Assembly (NCBI RefSeq): GCF_000497125.1
Contig: NC_090600.1
Location: 620,001 to 684,000 of the forward strand
Reading direction: 5' to 3'
Source: Spironucleus salmonicida
Taxonomy: Eukaryota
Length of the DNA stretch: 64,000 bases
The first letter of the stretch is position 1, and each line of letters starts with the position of its first letter. The position numbers were made by a program, and so were the translations under genes. The notes under the pieces are model-generated. The model was not told the DNA's origin. It did not search any database and saw only the letters and a program-made list of their open reading frames with translations. This document shows, piece after piece, positions 1 to 14,495 of the stretch.

Positions 1-457
1 ACTCAACGTTGTATCAGCTAACCCCACGAAAATCCGAATGCTTTGGAAGTCCATGAGGCCAAAGTCGAGTGTTACGCCCTCTAGCCGATACCAATAAAAA
101 GCTGCCAAACCGCCACTCAAGATGCGATAGCGCACGCTCTATCGCAGGGAAATTCCGTGTTGCAGTTTCGACGTTTTGCGGCCAGCGCAATTCCGGTACA
201 ATCAGATGGCCTTGGATTCCACGTTAACGGCTTTTCGTGTTTAATTCGTTCTAATTTGACCAGAATTTTGCATCCCACAAAATGCCCAAATCTTCATATT
301 TGTCTATTAATATATTGCCAGCATCTCGCGGCGAGTGATGTTTTGATAATTCCAGCTAGTGATTTTTGGTTATGCAGAAAACGGCGAAACATTTGTGGAT
401 TATGTGCTTTTGAGCGTATTTGATATAAACACAAATATCTTTTTCACCCTTCCACAA

Positions 458-3400
458 ATGCAATCATCGGATTTGCAGGACAACCTGATGATGACGGGGC
501 TGTCGAACAGCATCAACGACAACTCGCTCATCACATCGCAGAAATAGGCGCTAGATCAGCAGTACTGTCTCATCAAGGAGCTGCAGGCTGCGCTGATGAA
601 ATAAACATCGACCGGCCAGGATGACGACTATGAGATATTGCTGGGTAAGTACAAAGAGGTGCAGGGTTAACTTTTAGAGCAAAAGCGTATATCCTCTTAG
701 TTCAGTTACACGGCAGCTGAATCAGCTCATTCGGCAGCTAACTTTAAAACGTAGTTAGATCAACTGTAACCTGAACACCAAAAGTTAACAATGCAGTTCA
801 ATAATACGTCGCAAGCGTTATTTAAAACACAAGCAGATTTCAATACAATGAAATTAGAAAACTCATCATTGGTAAATGAAACTTTAATTTTAAGACAATC
901 CAATGACGAGTTTATTACTAATATTTCTGAATTAACAGACTCTCAAACATTAATAGGGCAGTAGAATTTCGACTTAAAGAATAAAATTTCGGTATAGAAA
1001 GAAAAATTAACTGCAGTTACGTAAGCTAATGAAAATGCTTAGGTAAAAATAGAATATATTGAGTAAAATAAATAACAGCTTTAAAAACTGAATGACCAAC
1101 TCAGTGAAAATCTTTCAACAACCTATGAAAACGTTAAGAATCTTCAAATTAAACTATCATAGGTAGATAATGAACTATTACATACGCGCACTGAAAATAC
1201 AACTTTAACTCAGGCATTGTAAAAATTATAGCAGTAATCTTCTAGGAATGAAGAAGTTAACGGAGAAAAACTGAGCATTTTATTGGCAGAGCATGAAGAT
1301 TTAAAGCATAGATTTTCAGCTCTCAAAACTACTAATGATCAAGTATAAGATGAAATGACCTTAAAAACCAATGAAAATTAAATTTTAACCTTAAAGCTAG
1401 AAGAATTATAAATTAAGTTTGCTGATCTAAGTTCGTCAAATGCAAACATGTATTAAAAGCATTAAACTTTAATTAAAGAAAATGAAAAGGGATAGATTTT
1501 ATTAAATCAGCAATCATTAAATATTACTAAACTTACTACTCAAAATGATGATAAAACAAATTAAATTCAGGCATTAAAAACTGAAAACGAGCTTGCCTTA
1601 AAGAGTTAAAAGGATATTAATATTCAGCTTTAAAAAGTGTAAAATGAGTTGAATAATGTTCAACTTTCATCATAAAAAGAAGTATCTAGTTTAGAAAACT
1701 CCATTTCAAAGTAACATACTATAGTAGCTTAAAAGACGTAAGAAATTAAAGCTTTAAAATAAAATCAAGATACCCTAAAGGCTAATATTCAAACATAAAA
1801 TAATGAATTTTCAGATCTTTAAAAAGCGATGCAAACTTAACAAAATTCTAATTTCCTAGAGATCAAAAAGCTGGAAGATGCCATCAATGAAAAATTATAG
1901 GAGATTTCCGCATTAAATTTAACTATTTCTCGTTTGTAGATTTAAACAGAAAATATGGCTTAAAATACTGATAATTTAAACTCTAACTACGCAAAACTTC
2001 AATAAGAATATGATGAACTTACAGAAGTTCATAAGAATCTCAATTTTTCTCTTCTTAGCTAAACTGAAGAAATGACAAATGAATTATAAAAATCAACCTC
2101 TGCCACCTAGAATAATGCCATGTAAATCAATAATTTGTAACTTTCTAACTAGACTCTTACTTCTGAAAATCAAGATATGAAAATTGTTATTATTCAATTG
2201 AAAAATGAGATTTAGCATCTAAAAGAAGTAGAAAATGAGTTAACAAAAACAACAGACAAACTAGTCATCCTCCAGTAACTAAATACGCAGATTAATACTT
2301 AAGTTCAATTATAGGTTTTAGAAATTCAAACTCTGAACTCAGAAAACGAGTCACTTTTCAATGATAAAGAAAATGCTCTTACTAAATTATAAATATTAGA
2401 AACTATGATACACTAACAATCTGGTGATTTAAATATATTGAAAACTTAGCTTGTTCTCTAATAATAGTAAATATCAAATGTATAATAAGAATCTAAGGAA
2501 ATTACAAATTAAAAAACACTAGTTTAGTAATAAAATGAACATAAAACATAAATTATTTCATAATTAGAGAGTAAATTATCTTCAATTCTTAATAAATCAT
2601 CCACTTCGGTATCATAACTCGAATTAGACGCTCTGGAAAAGAACAAAATTATAAATGAATACGAAAAATAGGAAATAGAGTTGAAATAGATGATAAAAGG
2701 TTAGAATGAAAAGCTGGAAAATCACATAATTCAGTAATCATTGTCTTCTAAGTAATTAGACTAGCTTAATGGTGAAGTTACTATGCTTAAATAGTCAATT
2801 ACTGGTAAAAATTCAAGTATAATAGATTTAGAAAAATAAATATAGAAATTAGAAAATACGATCATTTCTTTAAATTCTGATCTTAATAACCTAAAGTAAT
2901 AACTATCAGACAAATAAGAAAACAATGATATTCTCTTGAAGTCTAATGATAATATTAGTGAGAATTAAAAGCATTAACTGGACATTTAAGCTGCTTAAAT
3001 TCATGAAATTAATACCCATAAAGATGAGCTGAGTGCTAAACTGATAGATAAAGAAAGATATATTAGTTAAATTGGATGTGAAAAACTAGAAATTTAGAAT
3101 AAAAATTCACTTCTTTAATAAGAAATGAACCGTAAGAATATTCTTATTGCAGATTTAGAACTTGAAATTGAAGAAATGAAAAACTAGATCGATATTGCTA
3201 TTTCGAAATCGATAAAATATGATAATTCTAAGTCGATTTTGCTTGAATTTGCAGCAGAAATTGAGGAGAAAAATCTTGAGATCTAAGGCGAAAATTTAGA
3301 ATCAAGCATGGTTTTATAAAATGAAAATGATGAGCTAAAGAGCAAATTGAACTCAATGGAGCAAAGTTTACTATAGCAGCTGAAAGAAGTGGAAAATTCA

Positions 3401-3784
3401 AATGAAATTGAAATTTCGAATGCGTTAGAAATTGAAATTTCAGAACTAAGAGCTTAAATAGAGAATTTACAAAGATAAAATGAGATGTTGAGAACAGTGA
3501 AAAGTACTGAAAAAGCTGCCGGTGATGAGTTCCAACCAGAGCTCGAAAATCTTTAAAATAATCTCCTGTAAACCCTCGACGAGCTGAATTCCACCAAGCA
3601 GTTAACCGAAATTCTTTAGTCTGAAATTGCTGAAAATCGCGTTTCTAGCGCTGCCTTGCAAGACAAAATTACTGCTTTTGAGCGTGAGAATTCAGCACAA
3701 AAAGCGCGTGTGGAAGAACTCCAGCAGAGCGAGGCGAGGCTCAAAGGTGTTTTTCACGATATAAAGGCCTCGGTTAAGAGATGA
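458..3784 (+). CDS. Long coiled-coil protein (~1108 aa)
   Basis: ATG after C-rich tract; start and TGA 3782-3784 in the same frame with TAR=Gln; Q/E/K/L/N-rich heptad-like sequence. Confidence 0.85.
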
Positions 3785-3832
3785 ACTGAACTTTTTAATA
3801 CAATTCTATATAATACTACGTGTTCACTCCAA

Positions 3833-4657
3833 TCATTTAAGTTTAAAAATTGACTGATTCTAACTTATTTTGATAAATTTCTCCTCTTTTTAGATTATTT
3901 CCTTAATGATTTCATTCTTTTCCGCCTCTTTCTGCATAATTTAATTTACCTCATTCAGCAACAACGAAATTGAGCTATTTTGCTCAATTTTTTTCGCCAC
4001 TTGCAAGCCGTATTCCGTCAGTACGGGAAACGTGTTTTTGGCTATGTTGGGTAGCAAATACTCCCTGTTTTGATAGTTGTGCGTCAGGTACAGGCAGTAC
4101 TTTAGAAGCTTTGGTGAGAGAATTCCCATGTACGACTGCGTGTAAGGATCTGATATATCTTCGTCTGCTTAAATATAGTAAATGTTAATAATAATTTAGT
4201 TAACTTTACGCCGAATGTCCGTTAACATCGCTATCAGCTTAATGTTGTTCTTCGATTTCGTCAGAAACTCAGAAATCCTTTCTATTGTGTGCGTGATCAG
4301 AGTCTTCATGTCGCCTTTAATGTCAATGATTTTTTAGTCTGGAACTGACTTTCTAATATCCTACACTGATAATAGTGGGAAAAACTCGAGCCATATTGAA
4401 TAAATGTCCGGCTCTACTGAATTTAGCTCTTTTAACAGCTCTTCTGGCAACTTTTCATCTTCATCTTCGTTTATATATATTTAAAACGATTTATTAAGTT
4501 AAATTTATTACTCTTTCAAGGTATTAAATTAAAGCTGCAAGTCTTCCAAAGGCACATCTTAAATAAATACTTTCTGTATAAACTTAATATCATCAAAGCC
4601 TATAAAGTATAAGTAAAGCAAAAGCTTTTCTTTTTACTGCTGATTTGTCAATATCAT
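3833..4657 (-). CDS. Hypothetical protein (~274 aa)
   Basis: MILTNQQQKEKLLLYLYF...; includes track ORF 3941-4129 in frame; TTTCCACTCC just upstream. Confidence 0.7.
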
Positions 4658-5037
4658 TTTAAATTTTAGGAGTGGAAATTAATACCTAATATATATAATA
4701 CAATAAAAGAGGGAAAATTAATTTCTACGAGTATTCTATAATATTTCTTAAATATATAATAGTGTATAAAGTTTTTAATATATATTTATTATTATATAAT
4801 TATATTGAATATAATTTTGGTCTCAATATTCCAAACAATATATATATTTAAATTATATCTTTTTAATATTAAATCTTTAATGAACAAACATCACTAGAAA
4901 AATTTATAAAATATATAAAAATAATAAATTTACATATTTTTACAAATTGTCAATAGATAAAATATATGCTTATAAAAAATAATCGCTAGTTTAAGTTAGT
5001 AATAATAATTTTTATACATTATTAATATAATACATAA

Positions 5038-5271
5038 ATGGAAAATTCCAAACACCTTATTTCAGAGATAGAATTTTAATATCAATTTTTCGATGTCTAA
5101 ATCACGCATAATTACAATACAATGGATTAATTCATAAAATTGCCGTATCCTCCAGAAACGTTTCATATGCATAAAACATAACCAAAAATAAAAATTTCCC
5201 CAGCAAGATTAGAATTAAACTAAATCAAAAGAAAATATAAAAAATAAAAATCACTAATTAAAAGAGTATGA
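5038..5271 (+). CDS. Small hypothetical protein (77 aa)
   Basis: ATG-TGA frame between very AT-rich spacers; no homology recognised. Confidence 0.35.
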
Positions 5272-5436
5272 GTGTATGAAATAATTAGTAAATAACTGGT
5301 TTACTTTAGTAATTTTAATAAAATAAACATGATATATTTTTAAGTAAATATTGTTATTATATAAATATAGTATAAATAATTTTCATTTATTTATACTTTT
5401 TAATATATCATAATTAATAATATTATTTTATCCAAA

Positions 5437-6339
5437 ATGAAGTAAATTTCACCTAAGGAACTAATAAATGTATTTTCTTAAAAACCTAATTAATCGTCTA
5501 ACTTCTAGCTTTCACCTATTATAAATTCAGTAGATTATTCTGACTGTGATCGTGTTTTGGCATTTATTATGTAATATCCATAACATCCTCTATCATAACA
5601 AATATAAAATGCTATTACTATTATAAGACGTTAATTTCGTTAATATTCAAGACTTTCACTGTCTTTTAATGGAGGTAAAGATGCTACAGTTTTGTTACAT
5701 TTAGTTCGCACAGTTTGCGTTATTATGAGCAGATTTTTGTAAACTGAAGAACCGCATACAATATTCAGACGCCTTGTACGAGTTTTTGTCATTCACGTAG
5801 AAAAGTAGTTTCCTGAAATATCTGAATTTCTGATAGAGAGCGAAATTAAATATAATCTTGGAATTCATGTATATTAAGGTATCGATTTTAAACAGAATTT
5901 GCAAAATTTTATAGATGATTTTTCACCTGAAATATGCTTCGTTGGCGTACGGAAAGGAGATCCAACAAGTAAAGGTGTTATTTAATAGGCTAGTCCTGGT
6001 TGGCCTTAGGTTGTTAGATGTAGTGCATTATACGATTTTGAATTTTTAGATGTGTTTGATTTTCTGTTACGCTTTAATTATAAATATTGTGAACTTTACA
6101 ACAAAGGATTTACAAGTATCGGAGGGATCGAAAATAGTTATTAGAATGAAAAACTAACAGGACGGGATATTAAGGAACTTGTTAAATCTGGACAGAATGA
6201 TAGAGTGGTGGACCAACTTCTAGATCGTGGTATAAGTGTAGAGAAAATAGAGGAGCAGTACATTGATGATCTGAGCTAACCAGCCTTTTTCGTTAGTAGG
6301 TTGGAAATTAATGAAAGAGGACAACGAAATAACAAGTGA
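5437..6339 (+). CDS. FAD1: FAD synthetase (PAPS-reductase-like FMN adenylyltransferase)
   Basis: Motifs LSFNGGKDATVLL, VGVRKGDP, SPGWP, YCELYNKGFTSIGG; ends AAGTGA. Confidence 0.85.
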
Positions 6340-6689
6340 TACAGTATTTTATAGCCTATATTGAATTATCTATAAAAATCACTGTAACAGTATTATTTTC
6401 TAACAAATATTGAATTTTTGCTTATAAATTTGAATAACAAAGTTGTTAGCTATGTATAATTTGTTATTATATACATATTTTATATAAGTAATTTAATATT
6501 TATTCTAAAATTTATTTAATCATAATGGTAATTAAAGTATTCATAAACCAAAATAAACAGAGCAAGTATCAATGAATAAAAGAACTGAATTAGATAAAAT
6601 TGCCAATTAGTGCGGAAATACTAAATAATTAGAATGATTTATAATTTTAAATAGATGTATAAATTTGGTATATCCATCCAATTATTTGG

Positions 6690-7124
6690 TCATATAATAA
6701 CATTTTTAAGATTATATAAAATTTTAAAGCTCTAAGATACCATATCGTCAGAAATTTGTTCTACTTTTTAACAGAATTCTTATACTTTTAATAATTATTA
6801 TCTTATATTTTCAAATTATATACGTTAATAAGATATATTTTATGCTAGTTTTCCAAGTTTTATTTTATCAGAGATAATATCTGTATTGATTTCACTACTA
6901 AAATACATAACACTATAGATTATTTCGTCATTAATCAAATGATTTTCATATGATTCACTTTATAAATTTTAAACTGTAGCTAATCTATGCAATATTTTTG
7001 GTATCAAAGACTGCTTATATGCTATAGTATTCGTAAATTATGATTTTTATACTGCTGATAACACAGATGGAATAGTTATTTTTCTTAATTTATTGATTAT
7101 TTTCGTTCTTGAACTATTGCTCAT
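6690..7124 (-). CDS. Hypothetical protein (~144 aa)
   Basis: Open frame MSNSSRTKIINKLRK... with TAR=Gln; start uncertain. Confidence 0.35.
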
Positions 7125-7604
7125 TTACTAAACTAGATTGAGTCTGGAAAGCTTAAACTATACTTTTTATTTGATAAATAAGGTTAAAAGTATCTTAAAA
7201 GAAAAATATAGAAATTATAATAATCTTTATAGATAATAGATAACTATAGTTTAAAATATTCCAAAAAACTTTTATATTATATTTAAATAATAATAATAAA
7301 AAATATTTTTTAGTATAATTAATAATAATTATCTAACAATGATAATAAGAAAATTATTCTATTTTATTAAAAAAATTCTTTGTGGGATGTATAGAATTAA
7401 TTAATTAATTATACATGTGTATGGGATAAAATACCCCTAAAATGTATAATATCTATTGGTTTTATAAGTGCATACGTTATTATTTTTATGTTAACCTGGA
7501 TAATGTAATAATATAATCTAGTAAGACAGATTATAATAACTTTAATATAAAACCAAGGATGAATTATATCTTCATTAAGATTTTAGGTTATAATGTATAA
7601 ATAT

Positions 7605-10211
7605 TTAACTAATGTTTCTAATTTATTAAGTAATATAAAAATACCTTCATAATCAGTACTATTTACCAACTAATTCGCAGATAACTTAATCTAAATTTTT
7701 AAAATAATCTTAGTAGGTTAATAGGAACAGCTAACAAAATCAAATTTATAAACCGAATTTCTATACTGTTAATATGAAGCTCTTTAAGTGAGATATCTTA
7801 GTCTATTGAAATAATCACCGTCTACAGGAAACTTTATACCCAATCTTTTGCTAAAATAAAAAATTTACAAAAAATAAAAGACCAAGATGCTCCAAAATTT
7901 GCAATAAAATTACCTCCTCATACAACTATAGGCACAGGAAACATACCTTGACACAATTTAATAGTTACCAATATAAAATATAAATTACAGTAAGTTTCTT
8001 TCCTAATTCAAAAAAACTTAAAATGAATGTTACTGTATATGCTATAACTTCTATTGGTAGAAGTTTATTTTTACTAAACTAACTCAAAACATTATTATGC
8101 CTAGAGACTCAAGCTAAAACTGTCTAAATCCGTATTCAGGCTTTTCCCAAGAGCGACTGAAGTAAATATAATATATTTAGGTTATGAGAAATTTCCATAA
8201 GTGTTTAACTTTAGGTTGGACTAAATGTTACAGTGGCTATGCGTAGCAAATTTTATCAAGATAAATCTGGCGAATATTTGTATGTCTAAGCTAAAAGATT
8301 ATTAATCATTCTCTTCACGAAGCGGATACTTTTATTTAACCCCAGTGAATGATTTGGTCAAAATAAATATTGACCACACGGTGCTCTTAGAAGATCAATA
8401 AACAGCGAAGAGTAAGTCGAAATATTAGCTCTTATAAGGACTCGAGGTAACAGGCAAGATAAATTTTATGTATATTTGATTAACATATTTCAATTCAAAT
8501 AAACCATACACAACCATAAAATTACTGCCCTAGCATAGTGCTGCGTTTAACGACCGTAATAAACTAGGCGATATTCCCAGATACAGTCCGACCGCTAAAA
8601 TATATCATTTTTAAAGTGCTGCAAAGTTTATGCTGCAATTGATATATTATTTACTAATTAGTACCATTCACCAATACTGACTTTTGACTAAGCCCTGGAC
8701 CGACGGCGCCAAATATGAAATATTCATTACTTGCCAAAATGTAATCTATTTACATTTCATTCAACCCCCATTCCACACGGCCCTAAGATACATCCGCACA
8801 TTCACACTATTTTAGACAAACAGCCCACCGCTATTTTGGAGCACGCAGCACAGACCAAATTTTGCTCAAAAAGCGCCCATTTACTCCATATCACCTAATT
8901 CTACCAACTGTTATCGCACACTATTTCATCGCCCAGTTTCCGCCACTCCTTAATGCCACCAATTCGCCCCTGCTCTGATTTAGCCTTTAGAAGCGCTAAT
9001 TCCAGAAACGCAAAATGCGCATTCAGCGAAGCTCATCATAGCGTATGCTCAGCCGGATCCTGCTAGCGTCTTCCGTTATTCGCTGGCCCTCAGGAGCCCA
9101 ATTTTAGCATTAATAGATGCATTTTCCCTCAACAAACCTTCCAATTACGCAGTTTTTGAACTTTTACTGGGCGCCAGTCTAGCCGTATTCCGGTCCTAAA
9201 ACCGTATTTCTGGCCCGCCAAAACGGTCAGAATTAGCACAAAATGCGAGTCGCGGCGTAGCAAATATCGCGTTTCTGAGGCTTTGCTGCATCAACGGTCA
9301 GATTTGGCAGGTTCGCCTAGCTTTGCACAGGAAAGAGTCAATATTTCCGTTCCTTTCTTGTGGTTCATACTGTAAATCTGGGCGATTAGCATACTCGGTG
9401 CCAGACGAGTTGAATTTAGCACACCACTTTATTTCACTCCCAGAGACTAGTACTGCGCATTTACTGCCCTGCTATTATTCCCTCAAGATTACTTGCCTTC
9501 AGCAGAAAAAGTGCAATCTGGGCGATTTGAATTGGCAGTAAAAGTTGTTTTCTCTCATTTCTCGTCTTCTAACGTTTAGAAACTGGCAAAGTTTAAAATC
9601 TAAACTAATTCTGGAGTAGTCGCGAAATACAATTTCAGATGACAGCAATTTCGGGTTCTTATCCGAATTTGGCAGAAGCTGACGCATTTTCATGCAAAAT
9701 AGCCTCTCTGCCCTAAACTGTAAATGGGCCAACATCACTCATGCAAACTCCCTCATGAGCAGCATGAAAGTCTCGTAGTCCATCGCCTCCCCCGTCGCGC
9801 ACTCCTTGAAGGCCTAAGTCATGTCCGCGTCGGAAAACTCGCCTATTATCCTGTGCATGATCCAGACGAACTCCTGCGCGTCAATGCTACCAGAGAAGTC
9901 CGCATCGGCAAAGCAGAAGAGGCTCCTGGCGGTGTCGCGGGGCTTGAACGTGTTCTCTGCGATATAGCAGAACCTCATGAATTCGCTTTTCGAGAGCGTC
10001 TCTGAGTCGTCTAGGTCCAAGAGGGACAGCAGCTCCTTGACGAAATCGGGGGTCATGATCGACTTGAACTGCTTGAGTACCTAGGTGCTGCAAGAAAGCG
10101 GCACGGTGCCGTCTTCCGTTTTCAGGTCGCCGAACAGCTGCTCGTATATGGCGGTGCTTGCTTTGAACATTAAAGCGACAGATTATCATGGTATTGGTAT
10201 ATAATAATATA
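7605..10211. repeat. Inverted repeat R1, left arm (2607 bp; partner 29836-32442)
   Basis: Reverse-complement match, coordinates sum to 40047; only scattered substitutions seen. Confidence 0.95.
9739..10170 (-). CDS. EF-hand (calmodulin-like) protein, copy 1 (143 aa)
   Basis: EF loops DLDDSETLSKSEF and DADFSGSIDAQEF; reads through two TAG. Confidence 0.85.
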
Positions 10212-10993
10212 TTATTTGCGACAATAATATTATAATTTACTTTATGATACAATAATAAGTAGTTTTACAAATGGCTTTGTCGTTAAATCACTATAATATT
10301 TTTATGACAGCTTACATCATTCAAGTTTTTCAAGTATAAGTGGGGTTCTGAATGCTAATAAAAATTATCTGCATGAAATTAGCTTATTTTGATCCTCCAT
10401 AACACTGATTCATTCAATTTTATCATACGTTAACTTTGTTATGAACTAATGTTTTTAAATAGCTAGTTAGTCGAGTTGTTATTCATATATATGGTTTAAT
10501 GTTAAATATATTAACGTTTTATCAATTATTATTTATATTCTCTTACTTATATTGTGGTTTATTTTGAAATAATTTTTTCTATATGATTATAGATTTGTCA
10601 ATTATAAATAAAATTTTAACTCAATAAAACAAATGATTACCAATTTTAATATTATACTTTAAAAGTTTAATTTAATGCTGCATTACCATAAACTTGATAA
10701 TTTTTATTAAGTTAATTTGATAAAAATATCAAACTCCACAGCGCTACACCATATATAGAATAAATTAATATTCCTAAGTTATTTGGTTATACTGCAAACG
10801 AATTTGACGAAAAACTTAACATGCTTACCGTAAGTTTACAAAAATAAATTCATTTTTCAGTAATATATCAGTTTAACAAAAATTTAGAAATATTTGAATA
10901 GATATAACACTATTGCAAACAATATAATCCCAATATATTTATCCACACTATTTATGAGGCGAAATCAGATAATTCAGAGAAATAACATCAAAA

Positions 10994-11230
10994 TCACTCC
11001 CATGGCATTTTTCTTCCAATTGGAATTGGCCTTACCATCTTTTTATATTGCATTAACAACATCCGTGCTGGACTTGCACACTTGGCCGATGCCCCATGTT
11101 ATGTGTGCGCACGAAGCTTAATATTTTACGAATTTGGTTAGCTTGGCGGTCTAGAAATATAAAGGAAGCTGGAATCTTTAAGTTTTATGTTGTAGAACTC
11201 CAAATCAGGCAACTATACCTGTTAACTCAT
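10994..11230 (-). CDS. Small hypothetical protein (78 aa)
   Basis: MSQQVQLPDLEFYNIK...MPWE; ends GAGTGA. Confidence 0.4.
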
Positions 11231-11696
11231 TTTGACTACTGAATACTTAGAATACAATATTATAACTAGTAAAAAGTTAATTACTGAATATTATTTTTCT
11301 ACAATCACACTACAATTATTATATAATATTAACTAATATTATCAGTGAGTAAAAATATTCAATTGCTATTATAAGCTGCAGCCACGATAACATTTAACTT
11401 AAAATTGAAGAACGCTGTTTAAACATTATCTATTTCCCTACTTTACAGACACTAAAAACCCTAAAAACTATGAATCTGATTACATTATCAAAAGTGTTTC
11501 TTTCAGCATTTCTCGTTCATTTCAGCTATTAATATTATTTTAACTACTTATATTATAATATTGTTACTATTACATTTCATATAAACTAATTCCACACTAC
11601 ATTTTATATTTCCTAATACAATATAATAATATATATTATTTAATTCTCCATTCCATTTTTTCACATTAACAAAACTTATTATTATATAATATACTA

Positions 11697-13265
11697 TCAT
11701 TCCCCTTCCAAACCAGCTAAAAATCCTTAGCACTGCAAAGTTCCCAAATCACCCAAAATCGCGCACACCTCCCGCACACCGCCAAGAACTTTGCTCATCT
11801 TGTCGGACAGCATTTCGCCGAATTACGAATTCCCGGATTTTACTTCGACGATTCGCTCGGCGTCGCAGTAGCAAATCGGGCACGTCCCGCGAGCATGGAC
11901 TGCGCAAACGCTGCAGATTGAACATCCGCACGGAAAACAAATTGATCGATTATATTATATGTTATTATGTAAATTTTAATTTTCCACTCCTTTTTCTACA
12001 GTTTACATTATTCCTATATATTTTTCTATTTAATTTTCATTATTTTCCCTTCCTGTATTTTATCTAATTCCATTCTAATTTTTATTATTATTATATATAT
12101 TCTATTGATCATATGTGTCCACTCCAGTTATTCTACGGGTTTTATTATCATTATTATATATATTTCCTTCAATAATTTCTGAATAGTACGAATTAACGCA
12201 GAATCGAACTTTTGTGGCGTCGAGCCCCAGGAAGCGCATGCAACCCGCGCAGTCGCTGTAGCCGCGGACCTGCCAGAGGCCAGCGATGGCTGAGAGCTCC
12301 AGGAAGCGGGCCTGGAAGTCGCGACAGAAGTCGGCGCTCACGTCGACATTCTGGAGCGGTTTGGAGCCGCGCGCGAGCAGGGCCGCGAATGGGTCAGAAA
12401 CTACGCTCTTCGCGCGGCCCAGGACGCTCGAAAGTGTCTTTTATGCAGCCGAAATCGCGTCCAGGAGGCCGTTTTTGAGCCCCTTTAGCTACTTGCGAAG
12501 TGCTGCAATCTAGGTGTTTTTCTGCTGGTTCTTGAGCGCCAGGCGCGCCCGCAGGTCGCGTTTCACGGCTTCCAGACGCAGCTTCAGGGCCTTCTCGAGA
12601 ATTATTAGCTGGGGGCGCGATGGCGACAGATTCTGAGGCGAAAATTGCTCGGATTGCAATTTTTATTTGATTTGCGGCTTTTCAGTTTTTAATTTTTGGA
12701 GTGGAAAGTCGTTTTTGAATTGGATTTCTGGCACGTCAATTTTTGGTGGGTTTTCATAGATTTTCTGCTGCGAGACGCGCATTTTGCGGACATTGGAGGA
12801 CGGCCGGACCGCGAAGTGACTCTGGGAGACGAAGTGCGGAATCGGTGCCGCGTGGTCGAAGTTAGAGAGTAGTTCATCTCGCTGAGGTGGTTTCTGGTGA
12901 ATTTTAGGCTACAGCTTTGCGCTGGCTGGAGCCTTGTGTGCGCGCGAATTCTCGTCGTTTTGGAGCGAAAAAATCGGATTCTCAGGACGCTTTTCATACC
13001 TGCGCGGGTTTTAGCGATAAATCAACGATTTTTGCGACTGTGGCCTTGGTGGAAAGTAGGGCTACTCCACGATTCCGAGTGGATTCAGCGTGTTGAAGTC
13101 GTGCTGTATCTGGGCAAGTGTTTTCGTGAGTTTTTCGATAGAAAAATTTGGTGGAAGCGGAACTTTTTGGGTCAAACAATGTGGAGCATTTGGTGCTTTG
13201 TTTAGGGTTTAGTCTTTGAAAATCATTGCAGCTAGAGCGCGCCGGTCCATATGGTTGAGATTCAT
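11697..13265 (-). CDS. Coiled-coil protein with C-terminal RING-type zinc finger (~522 aa)
   Basis: Single frame; CAGC...FPCGCSICSVCAVHARGTCPIC. Confidence 0.75.
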
Positions 13266-14114
13266 TTTTTGAAGGATAAAGTTATGTTATTTGGTATATA
13301 ATAGGATTTATTTAAGTTGAAATTTCGTAGAGGTGAAATTCGTTTGGCTTGATGTTTGTTAGGTAGAAAATGAAATCGCTAAGAGTGATATCAACAATAT
13401 ATTGATGCGATATGGTAATATTTGGGTTCGTTATCGTGATATTGATAGAAAATTAGCAATTGATGTTTTTCGAATAATGATAATAATAATTAATGCTGTC
13501 TAATAAATTTGTGTAATCTTGTTGTGAAAAACCATAAATATTATTATATATTTAGATTTGCAGGTTAAGTCATCTGTTAAATAAACAACATTGACTTTAC
13601 ACTTATTATATATAGTACCGCATAGTTAAACAATAACTATTAATTCTAATTTTGTGTAGTGTGCAAATTTGTTTTAATATAATAGTTAATTCTAATAATA
13701 GTAATATAAAACAAAATATTTTTAAATAACCTGCTTGAATTTCAGCATAATATTAATATTGGCATGAATAAACATTGCAATGCATGTTGTCAAATTATAC
13801 ATCGCATTACATAGTCGCAAATTATAGTATATTGAAAGATCTAGTTGCAAAGACCATAAAATATTATATATACTAAAATATGATTTTGAACATATTTACA
13901 TTTAACTTAAAATTACTGATATATCCGAAAAATTTTACACTACAAAATATAATTTTAAGAGTTCCTTAAACTAACGATATAATTCTAAATCGCTACAGTG
14001 GATTATATAATAATACCTTGCAAATCTATTTTGAATACGGCACACTATTCCAAAAATAAAGCTTAGTAATTTTAAAGTGTATTAATTACAAAATCACTTA
14101 TTCATTCCTTCATT

Positions 14115-14495
14115 ATGACTAAAAGTTATTGGGGAATTTACGATCGTGACTAATTAATAGATGTCGTTACTGATCAAGTATATAGGATTGGACGCATAGA
14201 TTGGATTAATATTATGACATATTTTCCTGGTAAGACATTAACTCAGTGTAGAAATGCATATCGCAATTATTCAAAGGTTTGTGGTGATTTTTGTGAAATA
14301 GACAGTGTAAGCCTTTAGTTTATAAAAGAGTAATGTTCGAAGAGGCCTATATAATGGTCATATCTGAAAAAGTTAATGCCATCTATTCCAATGCATCGCA
14401 TAATAGATCAAGTTAAATAGTTACATAATGAAGAATATAAGTTAGTAGATGATGTACTTAATTTATTAGAAAGATTAGAACTCGATTGGTGGTGA
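14115..14495 (+). CDS. Myb/SANT-like protein (126 aa)
   Basis: YWGIYDRDQLI...IDWINIMTYFPGKTLTQCRNAY Myb repeat pattern. Confidence 0.7.

Noticed and set aside
458-3784. Pseudogenes full of stop codons
   Set aside because: The apparent stops are only TAA/TAG and fall at Gln positions.
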